Below are positions 52,819 through 62,336 of a DNA stretch of 62,336 bases, one piece after another. The translations under genes were made by a program, and so were the position numbers. Location: assembly GCF_016433145.1 (NCBI RefSeq), contig NC_058134.1:197360847-197423182 (forward strand), given 5' to 3'. This DNA is from Gracilinanus agilis. Lineage: Eukaryota. The notes under the pieces are model-generated. The model was given only the letters and a program-made list of their open reading frames with translations. It had not been told where the DNA came from and searched no databases. Each line of letters begins with the position of its first letter. Position 1 is the stretch's first letter.

Positions 52819-54830
52819 TTGTGGTTACCTGGGTATTTTAGAGATTCAGAGATGAAGCAATTATTAAAGTTAATGCAAGTTAAAATAGACAATTTAGAGA
52901 TATATATGCAAACTGGTGGTGCTTATGGTCGAGCTCCTGGTAATGGTAATGATGGTAATGATGGTAAAGGTGTTACATCCGAACTTTCTAAGGCGGAATT
53001 GGAACAAAAGGCATTAAATAAGGGGGACAAACCAGTTAACCTTTTTCCCCTACTCAACTTTCCAGTAGTGAGGGATGATGGGATTTTTCATGTGAGACAG
53101 CATACTAGATTTAGGACTGAGGATGTGGAGAACTTGAAAAGGAAAATCCCAAACTTCCATGACGATGCTGGCAAATTTGTTAAAATCTTTAGAGCATTTG
53201 TTAAGGCACATGACCCAGATTTTGAGGACTGTTGGTATGTTTTAAGGGAGATCTTGTCTAATCATGATAAAAACACGTTTATAGAAGAAACTAGAAATAC
53301 TGAAGGGATGACACCATGGCTGGTAGCTTGGGAGGAACTGGATCTAAATTCAGTTCCTATTTACAGAATGCTCAAACAGGCAAGGAAATCACTAATTAAG
53401 ATTATGGAGAAAAATTTGAGGTGCCCTAATGCTTGGTCAAAACTTGAGAAAGTGAGGCAGACCAATCAGGAGACACCAGCTACATTTTTTTGGAATCATT
53501 GAAGCTGCCGAAATTTACTTAGGCCTAAATGTCCTGGAAGATACCACCATAGAGCATTTTAAACATATATTTGTGAAAAATGCTGTTCCCCAGGTGAGGA
53601 AGTTTTTCAGTGAGAACTATCCAGATTAGGAACTTCTTAGCCTGGGTGAACTGGAACAAAAGGCTGCCTATGTTTTTGCTCAGGAGAAGGACAAAGGGAA
53701 TAATCAAAAGGATGCAATGATTGAGAGCTTCAGGAAACAACTTAGAGAGGCAAATAGTAGAGCAAATAAGAAGGAAATTAGGGAGGTAAAAGCAGTGGCA
53801 GCGTTGAGGGTATCTGAAAAGAAAAATAATGCTAATAACTATAAGAATAATGCTAATGTAAACACAAGATATCAAAGACCACAAACATGTTATATGTGTG
53901 GCCAAGTTGGACATTTTGCCAGAGAATGTAGGTTTAGAAGAAGATCTTATGGGCAGAGGTACAAGAATAATAATGGATTTAACTGGTTTAATAATAATTA
54001 TAGATATAGGGGAAATAATTGGAATAATGGATTTAATTATGGAAATAGCTAGCAAAATGTGTTCCAATGCCAAAATGCTTGCTGCCAGGGTATTCAAGCT
54101 CCCAATATGGCAAGGATTACATAAAGGCTGGGGCCCATCTGAAATGTAGCCACATTGTCCAGAATGTTAATCATGGTAACCTGAATGGAGGAACAGCTTC
54201 ATTATGAAGGTGTACCCAAAGTTCAGAAGTAATTAATCAAGGTAATGGGAATAAAGTGTATGTTGATGAAATTGTATGTGTTAAAGATAATGATAATGTA
54301 ATTGTGGATAATGGAAATGGTGCACTTGGCATTAATATTGATTTAATTGGTAATAATAAGAATTTAATTAATAATGGTGATGAGTTGATCAGTGTTAATG
54401 TTAACTTAAATAGAATCAATGATAGTTTAATCAATGTGAATGATAATTTGAGGAGAATTAATGACAATTTGAATGGTATTAATGTTAAATTATCTGAATT
54501 AAATACTGGTAATGGTGTAAATTGTAATTTAACCAATGTTAATGGTAATTTACCTACTGATAGTAGTAATTTAACTAGTGTTTGTAATAACTTGATTAAA
54601 ATTGATGGTGGTTTGTATGGTGTTGGTAATAATTTGATTAGTGTTGTAAATAATTGTGAGAAAAAGAAAAAGAAAAAAGAAAAAGTGTTGTAAATGGTGT
54701 TAGAAGTTCTATTAATTGTGTAATTAAGAAGAATAATGGAAATTGTGATTTGATTAAGGATAATTTGATTGTAAGTAAGAACAATGATACCAGAATAGAA
54801 GTGAAAAAGATCAAGGGTGCAAAATCCTGA
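52819..54830 (+). pseudogene. gag: ERV gag (disrupted): capsid with MHR, CCHC nucleocapsid, long Asn-rich tail
   Basis: MHR-like WSKLEKVRQTNQETPATF; frameshift at about 53490; stop at 53627; zinc knuckle CYMCGQVGHFAREC at 53888-53929; Asn-rich and heptad-repeat region to TGA at 54828. Confidence 0.88.
54340..54657 (+). repeat. Degenerate 21-nt tandem repeat (~15 units) encoding (N)L-x-x-(I/V)-N-x heptads
   Basis: Units such as aatttgaggagaattaatgac / aatttgaatggtattaatgtt; ORF 54256-54693. Confidence 0.85.
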
Positions 54831-56520
54831 GAAAATTCTATAATTCAAAACAATGTTAACTTGGATGGACAGGAAATAGCTGAGTTTTGTTCTGATGTTA
54901 CTGTTTTACCTCCTATGTTGGAAACTTTCCAACCTCCTAATAGTACAGAACCATACCTGTCTGTAATTACTGGAGATCAGATTTATGATCTTCTCATAGA
55001 TACGGGAGCCAGTAAATCAGTTTTGCAAAGTTTTCCTGAAAATTGTAGAACTGTTGGTACAATGGATGTAGTTGGTGCTACAGGCATAACTCAGAAAGTA
55101 GCCAAATTGCAACCAAAAATGGTAACCCTAGGACCTCTTTCTGTAGAACACGCATTTTTGTGTGTTCCAGAATGTCCAATGAATCTTTTAGGAAGGCATT
55201 TGCTGTGTAAATTATGTGATACTATCCAATGTACTGAATCTGGTGATATTTCTTTGCATCTCCCAGGGGAATCTTTGAAGGCCTTTCCATTGCTTTTCTT
55301 AGATTCTAGCAGTATAGAGGATAACCTAGGTACTATCTGTCTGAGGATATATCTAAGGACTTGTGGTCAAGATCATCGACAGATGTTGAGTTTCTAAAAT
55401 CAGTTACTCCAGTCAGGGTGAGGACAAAGGAAGGACCAGTTCCTTCTGTGCCTCAGTATCCCTTGACTAAGGAGGCAATAGATGGTATACAACCAATTAT
55501 TGAGTCCCTAGTCCAATAAGGGATAATAATATTATGCTTTTCTGAGTATAATACACCAATTTTGCCTATAAAGAAGCCAAAATTAGATGAAAATGGCCAA
55601 CCTGTTTACCGATTTATTCAAGATCTAAGAGTGGTAAATGATTATGTCATCAAGACTCATCCAGTTGTTCCAAGTCCAGTTGCTATAATTTCTTCCATTC
55701 CAAGTCAGGCTAGATATTTCACTGTGGTAGATTTATGCTCTGCGTTTTTCTTGATACCTATTCACGAGGATTCTCAAAAGATCTTTGCTTTTACTTGGGA
55801 AAAAACTCAGTGGATGTGGACTCGTCTTCCACAGGGGTATACAGACTCACCTAGCCAGTTCTCTCAAATTCTAAATCAAGACCTAAAAAAAAATTAAATT
55901 TAAAGAGAGTAAATTGGTGCATTTTGTGGATGATATTCTTTTAGCATCCCCAAATGCAAAGGCGTGTCTTAGGGATAGCAAGATTCTTCTGATTGAATTA
56001 TATAAATGAGGGCATAAAATCTCCAAGGCAAAATTACAATGGGTTTTGTATCAAGTACAATATCTCGGTTTTGTGTTGTCGGAGGGTTCCAGAAGTATCA
56101 CACAAAAGAGAATAGCTGACATACAGAAATTGAGTGCACCTAAAACTAAAAAACAACTTAGAGCTGTTCTTGGGACTACTGGTTTCTGTAGGCAGTGGAT
56201 TCCTGGATATAGTGAGATCACTAAGTGTTTAACAGATCTGACCAGGAATACAGAACCAGAACCTCTGAAACTAAACAATGCTTAGCTTTAGATATGCTGA
56301 AAGAAGCCATTATATCTGTACCTGCATTGGGAATTCCAGACTATGAGAAACCTTTTCAGCTATTTGTCATTGAAACAAAAGGTATAGCTTCTGATGTGTT
56401 GACACAGACTTTAGGACAAAGTTATTGTCTAATTGGATATTACAGCTGTCAATTAGATCCATTAGCTGCTGGGACAGTACTTTGTCTAAGAGGGGTAGTA
56501 GCAGCAGCTGTGTTTTGGGT
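54831..56520 (+). pseudogene. pol: ERV pro-pol (protease and RT only; disrupted and truncated)
   Basis: LIDTGA at 54999-55007, NLLGRHLL, QDLR, LPQG at 55826, FVDD at 55923-55934, YLG, LGTTGFCRQWIP, ALGIPDYEKPF; several frameshifts and stops; no RNase H or integrase motifs follow. Confidence 0.92.
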
Positions 56521-57738
56521 AATGTAAATAGTATCACTACATACTCATATGCATCCAACATTGCACATAAACTATCAGGAACTTCAATGAAGAAAAGGAG
56601 AGGAGAAAATGGAGAGAAGAGAAGATTTCCTTGAGGAATGGAACATCATAAGAAGAAAGGAGATCGGAAGTTTTGGTAGGTATCATACATCCAACAGTAA
56701 CATGTTGCAACACAATATAGCAAAGAAACAACATAACAAATCAGATACATAAAACACAAACATGTTAGAATACATTGTATTCCTCATGGAAAGAAACAAT
56801 GTATAAATACTAACAAAATTAGAATTAGTTATAGGATAAGTAAGTACTAAGAAAGGATAGTTAGTTACTAACAAAGATTAGCTAGTTATTTAGGTAGATG
56901 TAGCTAGACTAATATTCTAATACCATAGGGATAGTTTAGAATACTTTAGAATAGTTTAGGGAAATGGTATTATATTAAGTTAGAGGATAAGATAAGGTAC
57001 TAATGTACATTACACTGCAAATACAACAAACATAACAAAATTGTATTATATGAAGAACATATAACATATTACAGATCACATATCACAAAATAATGTAAAT
57101 AGATGTGTAAATAGTATGTGTATATTGTAAATTGTATTATAGTGTAAGTATTGTATATATGTAAAGGGTGTATATATGTATATCTGATATGTATATATTA
57201 TGTGTACATATATGTATATCATGCATGTATATATTATATATTGTATGTATGCATCATATGTATAAATGTAAATTCTGTGAATAATTTGATATAATTGAGT
57301 TGCAAACATTTAAATGTAATTTGCATAAGTGAGTTTAATGTTTTGTTGTAATTTTGCTGTAAAAACTTATGCAATGTTGTGTTAAAATATATTTCCAAAA
57401 TTGTTTGCATTTATTAGTTAGTAGGACATTTCTGTATTAGAATAGGAGTTGTGTTTAAAGTTTGTTTTGACTTTTGTGTTGATGTTTCATATTTGTTGTT
57501 GATTTTGTTAATTTTTTGAAAATTCTGCATTGTTACTTGTTACTTTGTGCTTTAAACTATGTAACTATTCAATGTATTTATTCCTTTACCTTTCCTTGTT
57601 AAAATCCCTAGTGTAGGGTAGAGTAGGATAGTGTTAGATAGAATAGAGTTAGTGTAGGTTGTTTGTTATTTTGGGTTAGAATTTTAGTTTAGTTTGTAGT
57701 GCACAAATACCAAAATATTGTTAATTTTGGCTTTGTGC

Positions 57739-57750
57739 AAAGTGGGGAAC
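57739..57750 (+). promoter_or_regulatory. Polypurine tract
   Basis: aaagtggggaac immediately before TGTTGTAGG, the start of the 3' LTR. Confidence 0.7.
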
Positions 57751-59915
57751 TGTTGTAGGAAGTTTAATAAATTATTATTTAGAAGGTTTAGCAGGTAGGG
57801 CTGAAGGATTCTAAATGGAATGGGGAAGCAGGAAGTGTTGCTTCTCTCTCTGAGATGGACTCCATGGTGGCTGGGGACAAGTTGTAACTGACCCCCTGGG
57901 AGACCTCAGAGGAAGTGGAGTTTGTACCCTGATTTCCTGGGACCCAGAAGGAAGACAGTCATCTGCTTGTGGGAGATTTTTGGTAGAGACTTTTAAACCC
58001 AACCTGAGTTGCTGGTTAACTTGGGCTGGGTTAGCTCCCAGATCTACCCACCTGAAGGAGTATTGACTGTGGTCCTGGAAGATCTGCAACATTGCTGGAG
58101 TGTGACAGGACTCTGCTGTGAGGATTCCCACATTCATTCCTGATCTCCATTGTGCCCTGCCCTGCTATAGTTTCTAGCTTAGTGTAGTGTTGTTATTAAA
58201 AATGATGAAGGCAGATATTAAAAGGGAAAATAGTATTTTAATAAAAGCCATGCTGATAGAGATAAATTATTAGACCACACGCCTGTAAGAATTCATACTG
58301 CAGCATCAGTCAATTCACATTTCATACCTTTGCATGCTCAGGTAACAAAAGAGACCACCCCTCCTGACTCCAGGAGTCTTATCCCCTCTCTTACATCATC
58401 ACACTTCCTGTCTGCCTCCATTTTTACAAGAGGAATCATGGGAAATGTAGTTTTCCAATGTCCCCTAAAATGTTCACCGGAATTTTGTCATATATAATCT
58501 ACATACCTTAATGCTCAAATGAGCCCCAAATAGCTCTTAAATAGAGTCCCAGAAATTCTAAATAACACAGTAGATAAGTTCATTCCCTGTCCCTGGTAGA
58601 ATAGAACCTCTCTTTTCCCTTCCTTAGACTTTAGTTTTCTTTAATTAAACCTGTGTTTATAAACCCTCTTGTCATTCACTTGTTGGCTTCACAGACTCCC
58701 TGGCTGGTTGGATCAGTGTGACAGTTAAGGCCCAACTGTCACTCCTGTTGTCATATTCAAACTCTGGAAGCTGAGAACCTCACCTTGACTGACAATTGAA
58801 GACAGTTGGAGACAAGCTGTGAGGACAAGAGGAAAGGCAGTCGGTCAGAGAGGGTATAAATACCCTGGTAGCCTCCTGACAGGGACCCCTTTTTGGCTTT
58901 TGGCTTTGGCTTTGGCTTTGCCTTGGCTTTGGTTTGGGAGCCCTGCCTGAAACCCTTGACTTAAACATTAATCTGATCTTGGATATTGATTGACCTGTGG
59001 GTCTGAGTGTGGAGCCCTTGTTTCTTTCTGAATTCCCCTAGATATTTAGGCATCTAAACCCCCTCTCTCGATATTTAGGTATCCCAGGCCTGGGGGCGGG
59101 GGGAAACCAGAAAGTGGGCAGGAGAAGAAGCAGAGGGTCATAAGGATGGTATTTCCTGAAGGCTGTAGAATTGGCACAACAACTGGCAATAAGAAGCTGA
59201 GAGAGATCATCAATATCTGTGTCAACCAAACAGATTGCTTACTCTGGTTTGGCTGTAGCCAGGCTGAGCCAGAGGAGGTGAAGAACAGAAGCTCCAGCAT
59301 TACTGAACAGCCCACAGTCCTGAGGGATTATTGTCTTAGCTTTAGTGATAAGGTCTCCTATCCCCAATCCATTCCTGATCATTCCTTTCCCTTATTACCA
59401 ACATAGATAAAATTTGTTAAGTACCTTCCTGTAGTAGTTATTCCATCACCACTTTGGGGAGGGAGTAACACAGTCAGATGAACATTATCCAAGGCTAATA
59501 GAGCCCAATACTAATAATCAATCAACCCCATGGGACCTGAAAGGGTTACCCATCCACTGACCTTTAGGGATCCTGCCTGGGCACTGTTATAAAGAAGGGC
59601 AGTTATTATAACATCCAGCTGAGTGACAGGGGTGGGGTGTCCCTGCACCAGTCATCAGGGGAATTAAATCACAGCTTCCCAGATTAATAACAACTATAAT
59701 AACTAGCCTAGTAGTAGTAGTAGTAGTAGTAGTAGTAATAGTAGTGGTATAGAGATACCCTTTTTATTTTTATAACAGTCAACTGCCATTCCCCAAACAG
59801 CTAAACCCAGTTTCCCAGGCTTATTTGGTCCTAGACTATTGTCCATTTCTGTCTCTTACTCACCCTTCTGAACCCAGATAAAAATATAAGTTAGCCCCAG
59901 ATTTTACCCTTAAGA
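57751..59915 (+). mobile_element. ERV 3' LTR with two nested solo LTRs (58188-58569 and 58749-59777)
   Basis: Host LTR pieces rejoin exactly. First insert TG...CA with TSD GTAG; second insert TG...CA with TATAAA and (GGCTTT)n, only a 2-bp overlap at its junction. Confidence 0.88.
59708..59746. repeat. (TAG)n microsatellite inside a nested LTR
   Basis: Direct reading. Confidence 0.9.
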
Positions 59916-60079
59916 CAATAAAACTGAGGTGGTAGTCACAGGCCCCTAACAGTGGGATAACATAGTTCATGGGGGTTCAAGCTAATAGAGAAAATTCAAC
60001 CTTCTTGAACTCTAAGGGGTAGATATAGTACACCTGGCCCTGAGAGAGGTCTAGAGCATGTAGATTATAAAGATTAGTA

Positions 60080-60278
60080 TGGCAGCTAGGTGGCTCCATG
60101 GATTGAAAGCCAGGTCTAGAAACTGGAGGTCTTGGATTCAGATGTGGCCTTAAAGACTTCCTAGAGCTGTGCGACCCTGGGCAAGTCGATCAATCCACAT
60201 TGCCAAGCCTTTACTGTTCTTCTGCCATAGAACCAACACACCATATTTATTCTAAGATGGAAGATAAGGGTTAAAAAA
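60080..60278 (+). mobile_element. SINE1_Mdo-like SINE
   Basis: Consensus motifs. Confidence 0.8.
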
Positions 60279-60319
60279 AAATAAAAGATTAATAGTGAAA
60301 GAAGCAGTAAAGCCTGACA

Positions 60320-60900
60320 AAACCAAATACCACTGGAATGGAGCAAATATGTCAGGATATGATATATTTCCAAGGCTTGAAGAGATACTTCGTTGGACGT
60401 GGTAATAAGAAAAAGATACCAAGTTTGGATGATTTATTGGAAATAATTCCTTAGTTTGAATTTAATGAAAATGTAACTAATATAGTTGCATCAATCTCTC
60501 AATCAAGAAAGAGCATACTTCAGATTGCGGAGATTCAATAGAAGGAATTCATGAAAGCCCTACTAATAGAGCATCTCACCAGACTATTATAGTTGGTGTA
60601 CCCAGAGAGCAAGAGACCAGAAATTCAGATTCTTTCACAGAAAACTACTTGCCTGCTATCAAGAATGGAATTACAAATTTGCCTTTTAACAGTGGCCTGG
60701 AGGGACATAAAAGTCATGTGTATAAGGCAGTTTTGGTTTATATGAAAATAGATTCTACCATCAGCTTTAAGAAATGGAAGGATGAAATAGTTAAATTGAC
60801 TTTATCCTTAATTAATTGACCAAGTAGTCAGTGTAAGAACACAACTATCCAGATATCATTCAAAGAAATGAATTGTTATTTGTTATAATTGTGGATTACT
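60320..60900 (+). mobile_element. Possible ancient L1-ORF1-like (HAL1-like) fragment
   Basis: ~111-codon stop-free frame containing TIIVGVPREQETR, reminiscent of the L1 ORF1 IRIIGVPE motif. Confidence 0.3.
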
Positions 60901-60919
60901 TGCTTATAAGTGTATATAA

Positions 60920-62336
60920 CAAGGATAAAACCAAGTTGGCAGAAAAGGTACACAGACCCATATGATTTCTACCAAATTACCCTCCCCAAAACTATGATTT
61001 AATGACTCAGAAGAAATTCTGGGGCAGCATAACCCACAAAAGAAGATGGGGTGAAGTAATTTTTCAGCCCAAAGCAACTTAGAAGGCTGGTATGAGGGAT
61101 CTAGTACACCGAGGAAGAACTCAAAGCAACACACCAGGGCAGGCCCCACCACAGCAATAGGCCCTAGTTTCATCAGAAGCAGCAGCCAAGACTTCCAGAA
61201 TTCTCAGCCAGACAACTGCTCAGAAGGAGATTACAGGGGTTTCTTTGCTGGCTCTGGGTGCATGACTTTTGTTGCATTGCTCATGCACAGAACCAGGTCT
61301 AGTCTGGGGGGGTGCAGTCACAGGATAAGGAGGAGCACCAGTCCTTGAGGCCACAATTGAGCAAGAGACCCTAGTCACAATTCCAAAGTAGAAATGAATG
61401 CTTGAAGTTATTTGCAAAAAAAGAGCAAAAGCCCAGATAGTACTAAACACATCTCTTCTTAGATCATACCACCTTGGAAGAATTGAAAGCAGATAGATCC
61501 CCAGAGCCAACTCTGAAGGCAGTTGCACAGAGAACCTGCAGCTTGGAACAATACTTCCTTCACATCAATTACAGAGCCCAACTTTAACAGCTTTTTTTAA
61601 TTTAAAAGAAAATTTAAAAGCTGGAAAATGAGCAAACAAACAACAACAAAGCTCAACATAGAAAGTTATTTTGGGAAGACTAAAATACAAACTCAGAAGA
61701 AGACAGTAAAGTCAATATTACTGCATCCAAAACATCCAAAAAAAATATGAATGGCTCTCAAGTCCAAAAAGAATTAATAGAGGAGCTCAAAAAAGGATTT
61801 TAAAAATCAAATAAGAAAGGTAGAAAAAAAAGTGGCAAAAGAAATGAGATACAGAGAAATCATGAAAAAAGAGTCAACATGTTGGTAAAGGAGGTACAAA
61901 AAAAATTCCAAAGAAATTAATACCTCAAAAAAAAGCAGACTAGACCAATTGGCAAAAGAGGTACAAAAACCCAAAGAAGAGAAGAACTTTCTAAAAAGCA
62001 GAATTGGCCAAATGGAAAAAGATATACAAAAATGCACTGAAGAGAAAATTTTCTTGAAAGATAGAATTGGCCCTTTAGGGAAAGAGGTACACAAATTCAC
62101 TGAGGAAAAGAATTATTTGCAAAGTAGAATTGACCAAATGGAAAAGGAGGTACAAAGGCTCATACATGAAAATCATGTCTTAAAAATTAGAATTGTTTAG
62201 CAAAGTTGCAGGATACAAAATAAATGCACATAAACCATCAGCATTTCTATACATTTCCAACACATTAGAGCAGCAAGAGGTAGAAAGAGAAACACCATTT
62301 AAAATCACCCTAGACAATATAAAATACTTGGGAATC
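60920..62336 (+). mobile_element. Marsupial L1: 5' UTR, ORF1 N-terminus (ATG 61628) joined directly to the ORF2 RT region; continues past window end
   Basis: ORF1 coiled-coil repeats EEKNFLKSRIGQMEKD; from 62196 FSKVAGYKINAHK...FKITLDNIKYLGI. Confidence 0.9.

Larger units (their letters stand above)
50896..59915 (+). mobile_element. Defective class I (gamma/epsilon-like) endogenous retrovirus provirus
   Basis: Two homologous LTRs, PBS, gag-pro-RT remnants, PPT, and flanking 4-bp direct repeat CAAT (50892-50895, 59916-59919). Confidence 0.92.

Noticed and set aside
54340-54657. Regularly spaced repeats as a CRISPR-like array
   Set aside because: Contiguous tandem units with no unique spacers, in a vertebrate ERV reading frame
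54237-54848. 203-aa antisense ORF in the ERV
   Set aside because: Best explained as the stop-free mirror of the Asn/Leu/Ile codon repeat; no independent evidence

Overview
Vertebrate genomic DNA from a marsupial, most likely Monodelphis domestica (inferred from abundant young SINE1_Mdo/MdoRep-type and MAR1-type SINEs, marsupial L1, L2 and L3/CR1). The window is syntenic to human 12p13: GNB3 last exon (+), CDCA3 (-), USP5 (+, 20 exons), TPI1 (+, 7 exons), SPSB2 (-). All five reading frames look intact, with GT-AG splice sites. Two regions are not explained by these genes. (1) The ~12.9 kb GNB3-CDCA3 interval holds a chain of phase-compatible minus-strand exon-like segments with stops. It may be an unannotated or decayed gene, with weak by-eye resemblance to LRRC41. 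(2) A ~9 kb defective class I ERV (50896-59915) has an Arg-tRNA PBS, apparently non-canonical TG...GA ends, a hydrophobic pre-gag ORF and an Asn-rich/heptad-repeat Gag tail. It lacks RNase H, IN and env, and both LTRs carry nested LTR insertions. The window ends in an internally deleted L1. There is a 151-N assembly gap at 32723-32873. All homology calls are from memory and by-eye translation, not database searches. Boundaries of old repeats are approximate.
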